NCBI RefSeq assembly: GCF_006345805.1
Contig: NC_043012.1
Coordinates: 5,270,001-5,334,000 of the forward strand
Direction: 5' to 3'
DNA: 64,000 nt
Origin: Octopus sinensis
Taxonomy: Eukaryota
Shown one piece after another: positions 13,153 through 25,091 of this stretch. Each line of letters opens with the position of its first letter. Positions within the stretch are counted from its first letter, which is position 1. The notes under the pieces are model-generated. The model was given only the letters and a program-made list of their open reading frames with translations, did no database searches and was not told where the DNA came from. Made by a program: the position numbers and the translations under genes.

Positions 13153-13828
13153 TATCACGTCACGTCGACGATGGGAAGGATGGCTTCCCTTTGCAAATAC
13201 CGATAAGGCACAGAAAGTGTGTCAATAGCCAGCTGGAGAAGATGTTCTCCTGGGGCTACAAGCTACAGTAGCATCCACCTTTAGTGGTTAGCCACATTTA
13301 AGTGACAAATATATTTCACATTGTCGTGCAGCTACTGTTTACACCTCGTTCAGAGATTTATTATTGAATTATATATATATATTTTCATTACTGGGGGTTT
13401 TGCCATTCACTATTATGCGTAATGCCACTTCTGTTGGGCAGTTATCATTCGATACGGTGTACAATGTCACTTCCATTCAATAATTAGGGTTCTCTTCCAC
13501 CTGTTGATAGATGTCAATGTTTCACTCTGTTGGGTTAAGACCTAAGAATGATCTCTGTTAATTTTTCTGCAACAGGTGTGGTTTTGCAATAGGTAGCATT
13601 ATTGCCGTTGTAATTTTTCTGAAAGACCTACTCAACGTTTGTAGTTGATAACTCTGGACATGTATATATTTGAACTACACATATATTTACTTATTCTATA
13701 ATCAAGTGTGATTTGATTTGTTCCCAAGTAACAAGCGCGTTGGGCCTTCGTTCATAATGGATTCTTTAGTTTCTTTGTTAACAGTGTTTCTTATCATTTG
13801 TTTTAATTATAGATGTACGTATTTGTAT

Positions 13829-14655
13829 GGCTTTTTGGCTAGGCTATTTGGGTTGACTATTTTTCTTGGCTATTTGGGTTGGCTTTTTGGCTAGGCTATT
13901 TGGGTTGGCTATTTGGCTTGGCTATTTGGCTAGGCTATTTGGGTTGGCTATTTGGGTTTGTTATTTTGGTTGGCTATTTGGGTAGGCTATTTGGGCTGGC
14001 TATTTGGGTTGGCTATTTGGGTTGGCTATTTGAGTTGGCTATTTGGCTTGGCTTTTTGGTTTGGCTATTTGGGTTGGCTATTTGAGTTAGCTATTTAGCT
14101 TGGCTATTTGCGTTGGCTATTTGGGTTTGCTATTTGGGTTGGCTATTTGGCTTGGCTAATTGTCTAGGCCATTTGGGTTCACTATTTCGTTTGGCTATTT
14201 GGGTTGGCTATTTGGCTTGGCAATTTTCTTGTCTATTAGGGTTGGCTTTTTGCGTTGGCTATTTTTCTTGGCTATTTGGGTTGGCTTTTTGGCTAGGCTA
14301 TTTAGCTTTTCTTTTTTGGTTGTCTATTTGGCTTGGCTATTTGTGTTTGCTATTTGGGTTGGCTATTTGTGTTTGCTATTTGGCTTGGCTATTTAGGTTG
14401 GCTATTTGAGTTTGCTATTTGTGTTGCCTATTTGGCTTGGCTTTTTGGCTTGTCTATTTGGGTTGTCTATTTGGCTTGGCTATTAGGGTTGGCTATTTGG
14501 GTTGGCCATTTTGGTTTGCTTTTTGGCTTCGCTATTTGGCTAGGCTATTTGGGTTGGCTATTTGGGTTTGTTATATGGGTTGGCTATTTGGCTAGGCTAT
14601 TTGGGTTGGCTATTTGGCTTGGCTATTTGGCTTTGCTTATTGGCTTGGCTATTTG
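13829..14655 (+). repeat. 13-bp minisatellite (ggctatttgggtt / ggctatttggctt variants), roughly 60 units
   Basis: Direct observation of the periodic unit; explains the [10 protein letters not shown] ORFs. Confidence 0.95.
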
Positions 14656-14659
14656 TATG

Positions 14660-14714
<55 letters not shown>

Positions 14715-14810
14715 TACATACATATATATATGTATGTATATATATATACCTATATATATATATATATATATATATACATACATATATATATATATATACC
14801 TATATATACC

Positions 14811-14972
14811 GCAGGAGTGGCTGTGTGGTAAGTAGCTTGCTAACCAACCACATGGTTCCGGGTTCAGTCCCACTGCTTGGCATCTTGGGCAAGTGTCTTC
14901 TACTATAGCCCCGGATCGACCAATCCCTTGTGAGTGGATTTGGTAGACGGAAACTGAAAGAAGCCCTTCGTA

Positions 14973-15003
<31 letters not shown>

Positions 15004-15232
15004 TGTGTGTGTGTGTGTGTATGTGTTTGTGTGTCTGTGTTTGTCCCTCTAGCATTGCTTGACAACCGATGCTGGTGTGTTTACGTCCCCGTCACTTAGC
15101 GGTTCGGCAAAAGAGACCGATAGAATAAGTACTGGGCTTACAAAGAATAAGTCCCGGGGTCGATTTGCTCGACTAAAGGCGGTGCTCCAGCATGGCCGCA
15201 GTCAAATGATTGAAACAAGTAAAAGAGTAAAA
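14811..15232 (+). mobile_element. Family B SINE (tRNA head, CORE-like ccttgggcaagtgtctt, internal microsatellite)
   Basis: gcaggagtggctgtgtggtaag...gggttcagtccc...gaaagaagccc-[TA/TG]-gtgtttgtccc...ggcggtgctccagcatggccgcagtcaaatga.tgaaacaagtaaaaga. Confidence 0.9.
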
Positions 15233-15302
15233 GGTAAAGGTTAATATATTTTTATATATATATATATATATGCATGTATATATATATATATACATATATA
15301 TA

Positions 15303-15345
<43 letters not shown>

Positions 15346-15416
15346 ACAAGTATACATACATATATATATATATGCATATATACATATATATATATGCATA
15401 TATATATACGTATTAA

Positions 15417-15704
15417 AAAGTGATTGGCTATAACCTTTCCACGCACTGAAAAATAGACGCCAAAAGACACTATTACCATCTTAAAATCCCCGAGAATAAC
15501 ACACTGGGTCGTAGTCGAGCAAAAGAAAGATAATAAATTAAACTTTTGGCTCACCGTGTACAAGATCCTGCTTCAAGCTTAGAGTAAAGAAAATATTGCC
15601 TACTACTCTCATCACCAACGATATTCTCCGAGATTTCAAGATGGTAATAGTGTCTTTTAGCGTCTATTTTTCTAGCGCTTGGAGAGGCTTATAGCCAATG
15701 CTTT
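15417..15704. repeat. Foldback element: ~82-bp inverted arms (15417-15498 / 15622-15704), ~120-bp spacer
   Basis: attggctataacctttccacgcactgaaaaatagacgccaaaagacactattaccatcttaaaatc pairs with gatttcaagatggtaatagtgtcttttagcgtctatttttctagcgcttggagaggcttatagccaat. Confidence 0.85.
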
Positions 15705-15824
15705 ATAATAATTATGTACATAATTATAAAATATTTGTAAAATTTATCTATAAGGCTTTTATTTCCGCGCTGACCCCTGGTAAAATCATTAATTTTTTAA
15801 CCTATATTATAATTAATATATATA

Positions 15825-15938
15825 TCACGTGATCACGTGACTGACCAGACCATCAGATGTTGCTACACATCGCTGGTCACAATGCGTTCGCATTGTTTTA
15901 GCCTTCGAATGACGCCACCCCGCTGGCTAAGCGAGCAG

Positions 15939-15941
<3 letters not shown>
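15825..15941 (+). mobile_element. ~117-bp repeat starting TCACGTGATCACGTGA, embedded in (TA)n
   Basis: Second copy of the 4331-4448 element. Confidence 0.8.
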
Positions 15942-16021
<80 letters not shown>

Positions 16022-16459
16022 TATTGTGTTTTAATTTAATTTAAATCTATGTCCCTAATTCCATTTCTATTTATTTTGTGTTCCTTTGTTATTTTATTTT
16101 CAATTATTTTATTTTGATTGTTTTACTTTTGGTAAGCAGTTTATTTGCTGAATATATTTTGTGTTATTGAGTTCGTTTCATGAATATTGATCTTAGTATG
16201 TCGCTCTGTCTTGAACGTGGTAACGAGATGTACTCTCCCACTAATCATTATTAGTCTTGTTTTCGATATGGTATAATGTTTATGATGATGAGACTTTGAT
16301 TGAGAAACAAAGTACCTAATTGTCTAAGTTTGTTGTATTATTTGTATGTCCTGCTTGGAATTAGCTCTTTGCTATAAATACTAATTTGTAGCTGTAACTT
16401 ATCGCTGTTTGTTTATTCTTGCAACCGACGCGATATGACAATATACTTTACAGACGAAT

Positions 16460-16930
16460 GCGGCGAGCTGGCAGAAACGTTAGCACGCCGGGCGAAATGC
16501 TTAGCAGTATTTCGTCTGCCGTTACGTTCTGAGTTCAAATTCTGCCGAGGTCGACTTTGCCTTTCATCCTTTCGGGGTCGATAAATTAAGTGCTAGTTGC
16601 GTACTGGGGTCGATCTAATCGAAAGCTCCTTCCCCTAAAATTTTGGGCCTTGAAACCAAATTAGAAAAGAATATACTTTACAGACGAATGCGGCAGCTGG
16701 CAGAAACGTTAGCACGCCGGGCGAAATGCTTAGCAGTATTTCGTCTGCCGTTACGTTCTGAGTTCAAATTACGCCGAGGTCGACTTTGCCTTTCATCCTT
16801 TCGGTGTCGATTAAATAAGTACCAGTTACGCACTGGGGTCGATATAATCGACTTAATCCGTTTGTTTGTCCTCGTTCGTCCCCTCTGTGTTTAGCTCCTT
16901 GTGGGTAGTAAAGAAATAGGTATTTCGTCT
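16460..16930 (+). mobile_element. Two tandem family A SINEs (16460-16669, 16690-16930) with different 3' tails
   Basis: Both have the gctggcagaaacgttagcacgccgggcgaaatgcttagc head, and each is preceded by the same 20-mer aatatactttacagacgaat. Confidence 0.9.
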
Positions 16931-16940
16931 GCCGTTAGAA

Positions 16941-17018
16941 CTCAGAACGTAAAGACGGACGAAATGCCGCTAAGCATTTCGCCCGGTGTACTAAAGGTTC
17001 TGCCAACTAGTCGCCTTA
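16941..17018 (-). mobile_element. Inverted family A SINE head fragment
   Basis: ctcagaacgtaaagacggacgaaatgccgctaagcatttcgcccggtgtactaa...ctgccaactagtcgcc is the reverse complement of the head. Confidence 0.8.
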
Positions 17019-17399
17019 AACTGCAAGGACATATTCATCTCTCTCTCTCTCTCTCTCAATTTCGCTTTCCCTCTTTCTCTCTCTCAATCCTCAATCTTTC
17101 TCCCTCTCTCCCTCTTTATGTCACTCTTTCTGTGTGTCACTCCCTCATATGCACTAACACACACACACTCCCCCCTCTCTCTCTCTCTCACGCACTAACA
17201 CACACTCCTTCTCTCTCTCCCTCTCTCTCTCTCACCAATTTTCTTTCATACTCCAACCAGCCATCCACTCAGTCAAACAAGAAATCCTCGGTGGTGTCAT
17301 TTGAAAGGCTAGAAATAACAGCCAGAAACCCCAGATCATACCATACCTTCATAATAATAACGAAAACAATAACACACACAGAGCTGATCCGGGGCGAAT

Positions 17400-17870
17400 T
17401 CAACACCATCATCACCATTATTAGCAGCAGCAGCAGCATCATCATCACCAACACCACCACAATCGTCATTCTCAATCATCATCACCACCACCATCATCAT
17501 CAGTGGCATCAGCACCACCACCACTACCACCATCATCATCATCATCATCACCGTCATCATCATCACCATCATTACCATCATCATCATCACCACCACCACC
17601 ACCACAATCGTCATTCTCAATTCTCATCACCACTACCATCATCATCAGCGGCATCATCACCAACACCACCACCACCATCCTCTTCATCCTCATCATCACC
17701 GTCATCACCACCGTCATCATCATCATCACCATTATTACCATCTGTATCAGCTGCGTCATTGTAAACCGAACAGTCGTCATCGTTTTCCTTATTTCCAGCA
17801 CTCAGCGGTACTACCACCACCACCACCACCACCGCAGCCGCTGCCGCCACCATCATGAGCATCAGCCGCA
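17400..17870 (+). repeat. Degenerate (CAC/CAT)n trinucleotide tract
   Basis: Direct observation; source of the poly-His, poly-Asp and poly-Met ORFs. Confidence 0.9.
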
Positions 17871-18452
17871 TACTTTACACTGATGGAGCCAGTAGTATCG
17901 AAACAAGTCGCCAACATCTTGCTCACACTGACCCGAACATCTACGAGCGATGCATGTTTACGGCGGAATCTTGTCTACAGGAATGTCAGCAGAACGAAAC
18001 AGAGATATGTGCTGTTGGTAACTTTCCATGTATTAGCAACAAGATATTTCGTTGTTATGCATATATGCAGGCATATGTGTCCCTGTGTGCACGTATGTGA
18101 GTATATATTATCTATGTATTTGTGTGTGCATGTGTGTGCATGCTCATACACACACACACACACATATATATATACATATATATACACAAACACACACACA
18201 TACGTATATGCACAGAGATACACACACATATATACAATCATATGTGTGTCTGCATATATATGCATATGTGCGTGTCTATGTGAACATGTGTTTACATTCA
18301 TGTATATACGCATACACGCATACATATATGTGTGCGTATCCGCGTGTGTATATGTACATATCTTTGAGATACATACATATATACAGAGATAGAGAGAGAG
18401 AGTCAAGGGTATATGTATCTCTCTCTCTCCCTCTCTCTCCCTCTCTCTTTCT

Positions 18453-18510
<58 letters not shown>

Positions 18511-18618
18511 TATAATATTTCTAAACAACATATACTAAAAGTACATGCTTTGTGTATTTTCCGGTGGCTGGAATAGCATGGTGAAGTGTATGTATGTGTA
18601 TGTGTGTGTGTATGAAAT

Positions 18619-18649
<31 letters not shown>

Positions 18650-19145
18650 CATACATACATACATACATACATACATACATACATACATACATACATACAT
18701 ACATACATACATACATACATACATACATAGATCCTTGACTTTGGCGTTCGCATAAATTCTTGTGTCTACCAGCAAAAGAAACAGCTGTATGTTATGTCAA
18801 TATAAATATTTCCTTTACAGAAAAGTTTGTTTCAGAAGAAATGTGTGATGCCGTTGAGGGCGAGAACGTTCTTTTCACAATATCTGTGTCTATGCACCCA
18901 TGCGCATGCGCACGCAAGAACGTACCTGTGTGTGTGTGTGTGCGTGTGAGAAAGAGAGAGAGAGAGAGGGAGAGAGAGAGAGAGAGCTTATCTTCTTGTG
19001 TTATGTAATAATGGATTGTGAGGAGCGGGCTGTTGAGAGACAGCACTCTTTATTTTGTTGTACTTGTTCCAGTCGCTGGCCTATGGCCATACTGGAGTAC
19101 TGTCTTGAAGGATATATTAATACCAGTATATACCAATTAAAAAAA

Positions 19146-19376
19146 GGCGGTGAGCTGACAGAAACGTTAGCACGCTGGGCGAAATGCTTAGCAGTATTTC
19201 GTCTGCCGTTACGTTCTGAGTTCAAATTCCGCCGAGGTCGACTTTGCCTTTCATCCTTTCGGGGTCGATTAAATAAGTACCAGTTACGCACTGGGGTCGA
19301 TATAATCGACTTAATCCGTTTGTCTGTCCTTGTTTGTCCTCTCTGTGTTTAGTCCCTTGTGGGTAGTAAAAAAATA
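19146..19376 (+). mobile_element. Family A SINE with a 16-bp TSD
   Basis: Full head, core and tail; agtatataccaattaa at 19125-19140 and 19377-19392. Confidence 0.93.
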
Positions 19377-19699
19377 AGTATATACCAATTAATCTATATT
19401 CACAGACACCATCTGATGAGTTAGTACAATAAGTATAAATATTAAACTATTTCTGGATAATTTTTTTCCTCCCTCTATTGTGGAAAAAGTTTGGTATATA
19501 CTCAAAAGTATTCATAAATTTCTATCCTTTTGTTATAATATTCTTCTTAATAATCCTCTGAATAACCCTAAACTTTAACTGTATACAATATTGCAGCATT
19601 GTTTAAAATATTTAACTATAATACTACATGATAAGACTTCCTTTGTTTCATTATCAATGGTTTGCTAGTATGGACCCCTTAATTGTCAGCTAACATCTT

Positions 19700-20366
19700 G
19701 GTTTAAGTTTTCCTTTACTAAACCTCATGATATTGCTTCTAATAAATCTTTATTTTTATGACTATACCATCTATGATGTCTGTCTGTTCCCTCAGCCCTA
19801 CCCCCAACAGATACTGCCCTCTGTTCTCTCAGCCTTAGATATACAAAGGTTTGATAAACTAGCCTATAAATTAAAACTGACCCCATAAAGTCACAAAAAA
19901 AATCCGTGACCGGCAGTGTATGTAACAATGTATATCTTGGAAACTTAGTAACTTCTATGCTGGAGTATGTTCTTTGTCTATTTCTTTTACTTATTGGAGA
20001 TTTTAGTTATAATTATACTAATGTGTCCATCTGTTCTAATTTAATTAAACTCTATGCCTTTGTGCAGCTGAAGATTCCTCTGCATTTTAAATTGATGTAA
20101 TGATTGCATTGTTCAATTAAATGGAGTTGCATGAAACGATCGTACTGCATTACCTCTGGATATCCTTGTTGCTTATTTTGATTATATATATATATATATA
20201 TGAGTTTCTTGAAAATGGAGTCATAACCCCAAAATATTGAATGCAAGGTAACTCTACATTAATTCATATATTTGTTTTCTTGGGATTTGCTTTGCATTAC
20301 TTCGCATTGTTCTGGCCTTACCCACGATCCTTTATACAATATATATATATATATATGTGTGTGGTG

Positions 20367-20397
<31 letters not shown>

Positions 20398-20449
20398 TGT
20401 TGGGTGGTGTGTGTCTGGGTGGTGATGCTTGTAGTGTGTATGTGTATAA

Positions 20450-20489
<40 letters not shown>

Positions 20490-21215
20490 GTGAAATTTAC
20501 AAAAAAACGAAAGCTGAAGACAGGTGTATAAAGAACAAGCAGGTGAGAAAGTCTTTTACGCTTCGAGCCTCCACTTTTCAAGAGAAAGGAGCACGAGGAA
20601 ATAAAGAGGGAGAGAATAAAAAACTTTCGGAGTTAGCGACCAGTCATGGAGACTGATATATATATATATATATATAATATATTTATGCGCATATATGGGC
20701 ACAAGACGTCACCAACTGTGTAAACAATATGAAATACGTAAACAAGAGAAAAAAATGAAAAACAGGACGAGTAAAAACACTCGTCCTGTTTTCCATTTTT
20801 CGGAATTTGAGTTACGGTGTATCTCGTTTCATCACTGAGAAAGACATGAACATTAAATAGCTGTCTTGGCCGCCTTGTTATCATCAAACCTCGCGTCATC
20901 GTAAGGAATCGAATGAAAGTTTAAGCTGAAGAGACAGAAATTTGAAGAGGTTTAAGTTTTCCTTTACTAAACCTCATGATATTGCTTCTAATAAATCTTG
21001 ATTTTTATGACTATACCAACTATGATGTCTGTCTGTTCCCTCAGCCCTACCCCCAACAGATACTGCTCTCTGTTCTCTCAGCCACAGATATACAAGAGGT
21101 CTGATAAACTAGCCTATAAATTAAGACTGACCCCTTAAAATCACAAAAAAAGTCAGTGACAGGCAGAGTCTGTAACAATGTATATCTTGGAAACTTAGTA
21201 ATCTCTATGCCGGAG
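19700..21215 (+). repeat. ~265-bp direct duplication (19700-19965 and 20949-21215)
   Basis: ggtttaagttttcctttactaaacctcatgatattgc...ggaaacttagta...tatgc.ggag occurs twice with scattered substitutions. Confidence 0.9.
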
Positions 21216-21741
21216 AGATGCGTAAATGCTTTACATGTCTCGTTTCTAAACCACGTGGATCTGAATTGAAATCTCGCTGGGAATTGACTTAGCAATTACC
21301 ACGTCGAGATGATAACAATGAATAACTCAACTATCCGAAATATAGCTCATTCGGTTCAATGGCCGGCAACTCAACCGAGATGTCACCTTACATCCAGTTG
21401 CGTTGTGTCCAGGGTCGGTTATTTTACTACAAAACACTCCAATACATTCCAACTCATATGAGATATAACTATGCTATAAATCTTGGCACCGGCATGGTTA
21501 GATACGATATGCAGAATACAAGATATAAAATTTATTTATTTCATTGCATACATCAGCAATTTACATAAATATAGTGCTATAAAATAAACGGTTATGTGTT
21601 CAAAAACTGAATTTACAAGAATTGTATTTATGACTTTTAACATACAGTTTGAGAGAAAAAAATATTTTATCAAATAAACATTACATATGCTATTACAGTG
21701 CCATAAAATTATATTGGAATCCGATATATATATATATATAT

Positions 21742-21804
<63 letters not shown>

Positions 21805-21867
21805 GATAATATATACACATATATATACATTTATATACATAATATATATACACTATATATATATATC

Positions 21868-21909
<42 letters not shown>

Positions 21910-22526
21910 GACATGGGTATTATGATACTTCATATACATTTTATCGGTAATTTCTATAAAAATATTACCTATAAAAATATATATGAAGAGTTTAATATTT
22001 TAAATTGAGGATGTATTTAAAATAAGCTGAACAAAGACTCTCAAAAGATGCATTTGGCGTTAAAAGGTTTAGCAGCAAAATGTCTCTGTGGCTAAGAAGA
22101 TCGGTTTGCAGCCTCGCTGTTTTGAGTTCAGTCCTATGGCACGGTACATTGGGTGTCTTCTGTAAAGCCGAGACAACCAATGGTTTGTGAGTGAATTTCG
22201 TAACTTCGTAAACGGAAACTATAATAAATCCCTTCGAATATTCATATACCGTATATACCGGCGTACAGAACGGAATTCGAATTTTAAAAAAATTACCCCA
22301 AAACTAGGGGTAGTCTTATATACCCCGTATAAAATCTGAACCTTTACTTCCTGTGGTTTAGAGTAGCACCAAAGTGAAAGGAGAATAGTGTAAAGCACTT
22401 GCATATATCCTATGGTTCTACAGCGCAGTATTTTCTACTGGTACTTGCACATATCGATGGCGAACACCGTAAAACACTCACAAAGATCTATGGTCCTACA
22501 ACTCAGTATTTTCAACTGACACTCAC

Positions 22527-22611
22527 ATGTATGTTTGGGAAGCTGGATTAATAGTAAGAATATGTTAAAATAACAGCACAGCAAACATAGCAGACAGACA
22601 TCAGTCGCCAT
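22527..22611 (-). CDS. Candidate first coding exon of a secreted or membrane protein (signal-peptide-like)
   Basis: caaATGGCG start context gives MATDVCLLCLLCCYFNIFLLLIQLPKHT plus 1 nt, followed by a consensus donor GTGAGT (22521-22526), i.e. a phase-1 intron. CpG-richer sequence lies upstream. No homolog recognised. Confidence 0.35.
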
Positions 22612-22860
22612 TTGCAACAGCTGACGAACAGAAAATGTAAACAATCACACCGTTTAGCCGGGTCTCGGCGTCGGTTCTGTTTACACTGCCTCGTTAGCGC
22701 GCGCTCTCAGAAAGCATTCACCCAACCGAGGGATTTCAAGACGAGTGTAGTTTACGGTATCTAACCTAACCGTTACGGTAGAGTAGCAGCATGTTCCGGC
22801 ACCTTCTGTGACTGGCCAGTTCGTGATAGTCAGACCAATCACAATAAACCTTACAGTTAC
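22612..22860 (-). promoter_or_regulatory. Candidate promoter region
   Basis: Non-repetitive and locally CpG-rich, with gaccaatcaca (CCAAT box, ~22832-22842) and a YY1-like cgccattt overlapping the ATG. Confidence 0.3.
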
Positions 22861-22892
22861 CGGTTACTTTTAAATACTTACAGAGTTGTAAA

Positions 22893-23454
22893 GATTATTT
22901 GCCAACATAACATGGCAGTCCAGGTTTAAGGACTAATGTTGCTGTAATTTAGCCCCATGATATATCGTCTCCGGCTGTCTATACGACACAATCTGTCCTT
23001 ATATTTTCGAACAAGGGAATCTAGCACCCCCACTCAGCTCAAAACAATAGCTGGAGACGATGTCTCCTGGCGTTAAATTACAGCAACATTAGTCCTAAAC
23101 CATGACTGCCATATTATGTTGCTGAATATCTCACGTTGTAAGATTTAAAAATAGTAATTTTCTAATTTATAGATCAGTGACTAGTTGTCACTTTGAAAAC
23201 TATATATTTCGAACGGGAATTTGGCAGCGCCACCTCTAGCTGAACGATTATTCTGTGCTGATGAAGAGAAATAACCCAGAAATTGTGATACACATATATT
23301 GTTTTGAGCTAAGTGGGGATGCTAGATTCCCTTCTTCAAGAATATAAGGACACAGATCGTGTCGTGTAGCCAGTTGGTGATGATGTATCATGGGGCTAAA
23401 TTACAGCAACATTAGTCCTAAACCAGGACTGCCGTGTTATGTTGGCAAGCAATC
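22893..23454. repeat. Foldback structure with ~157-bp inverted arms (22893-23049 / 23297-23454) and internal rearranged copies
   Basis: gccaacataacatggcagtccaggtttaaggactaatgttgctgtaatttagccccatgat...ctagcacccccactcagctcaaaacaata is mirrored on the opposite strand. A shorter inverted copy lies at 23049-23122, and a direct repeat at ~23118-23172 / 23471-23525. Confidence 0.85.
23254..23294 (+). ncRNA. Type I minimal hammerhead-like motif with degenerate stem II
   Basis: tgtg-CTGATGA-agagaaataaccca-GAAA-ttgtga-TA-caca: intact core, 4-bp stem I, AUA triplet. Confidence 0.5.
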
Positions 23455-24130
23455 ATTACTACAAAGTACTGTTGCTGAATATCTCACTTTGTGAGATTTA
23501 AAAATAGTAATTTTCTAATTTACAGAGTTTCTTGAAAAAGTTCAAGTTGTTACTCTTCCAAAAACAGCAGTACTCTTACTGGGTGAACATTAAAAATTCC
23601 AGCGACTGTAAAACGAATGAAATGGAGTTATTATGTTATAGTTGACACCATGTTAGTTCCTGTAAAATAACCGATGCCTAAGTGACATCACTACGTAGTG
23701 TTTGCACCAGCGAGGTACTTTTGGTGTGAATTGTAGTAGGTACTTTACAATATTTGGCCACTTATTGAAGAGAACTGGATAAATTTTAAACAACCAAGAC
23801 TGCAGAATTGTTGCATACAAAGTTTATTGATTGAAACATTGTTAAAATGCTATTGAAACACAAAAAAAGCAGAAGCTTCAAGAGCCACTGGGGAAGGTAC
23901 AGCTCTCCCCACCCCTTTAGCTATGAACCTCGTGCCTTCTGCGCTCCAGCTATTTTCCACGAAAACATGGGAGTAGTCTTGTACTCCAAGTATAGCTCAA
24001 AACCCACTTTTTAAATAGAAATCCTGGGGATCGTCTGGTATACCCAGTCGTATTATACGCCGGCATATATGGTATGTATGTGTATGTGCGTCTGTGTGTG
24101 TGTGTGTACATATATATATGTAGACACACA

Positions 24131-24605
24131 GGCGCAGGAGTGGCTATGTGGTAAGTAGCTTGCTTACCAACCACGTGGTTCCGGGTTCAGCCCCAATGTG
24201 TGGCACCTTAGGCAAGTGTCTTCTACTATAGCCTCGGTCGACCAAAGCCTTGTGAGTGGATTTGGTAGACGGAAACTGAAAGAAGCCCGTCGGGTATATA
24301 TATATATGTTTGTGTGTGTGTGTGTGTGTGGTGTGTATGTATGTATGTATGTATGTATGTATGTATGTATTTATGTATGTGTGTGTGTGTGTGTGTATGT
24401 TTATGTGTCTGTGTTTGTCCCCTAGCATCGCTTGACAACCGATGCTGGTGTGTTTACGTCCCTGTAAATTAGCGGTTCGGCAATAGAGACCGATAGAATA
24501 AGTACTAGGCTTACAAAGAATAAGTCCTGGGGTCGATTTGCTCGACTAAAGCGGTGCTCCAGCATGACCGCAGTCAAATGACTGAAACAAGTAAAAAGAG
24601 TAAAA
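24131..24605 (+). mobile_element. Family B SINE, full length
   Basis: Same head, CORE-like segment and tail as 14811; internal (TG)/(TATG) microsatellite. Confidence 0.92.
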
Positions 24606-24876
24606 AAAAACATATATAGGTATATGTACATACATAACGTAGGTTATGTTTCATTCTAAGCTGAAATTACATAGACTGTTCCTCTTAGTTTTACAGTTTA
24701 CTGATTTTTAAGCAATCAATGAAATGAAGCAGCTTTGTATTTACAGTATATACTGGATATCTTCTGAAGTCCGTTGAATAAACACGTTAACAGTATAAAA
24801 CCTTTTGATGTTGATGGAAAGTTATTGTATGTTTGCTAGTTGTCTACTCGCTAGTCTTTAAAAAAAATATGGCGGC

Positions 24877-25052
24877 AGGCTTAGGAGTGGCTGTGTGGTA
24901 AGAGGCTTGCTTACGAACCACATGGTTCCAGGTTCAGTCCCACTGCGTGGCACCTTGGGCAAGTGTCTTTACTATAGCCTTGGGCGACCAAAAGCCTTGT
25001 GAGTGGATTTGGTAGACGGAAACTGAAGAAGCCCGTCATATATATATTATAC

Positions 25053-25091
<39 letters not shown>

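Noticed and set aside
13829-14655. Minisatellite as a CRISPR array or membrane-protein gene
   Set aside because: There are no unique spacers, the context is eukaryotic, and the 13-bp period is not codon-aligned.
16901-17883. His-rich, Ser-rich and Asp-rich ORFs
   Set aside because: They are assembled from a SINE tail, (CT)n and (CAC/CAT)n tracts; there is no domain signature.
19408-19456. CTGATGA with a stem-II-like hairpin
   Set aside because: The GAAA core is missing and stem I does not pair; at most a dead relic, not counted among the motifs.
22620-22640. CTGACGA-aca-GAAA as a hammerhead
   Set aside because: Only 3 nt lie between the cores, so stem II cannot form, and there is no stem I pairing.
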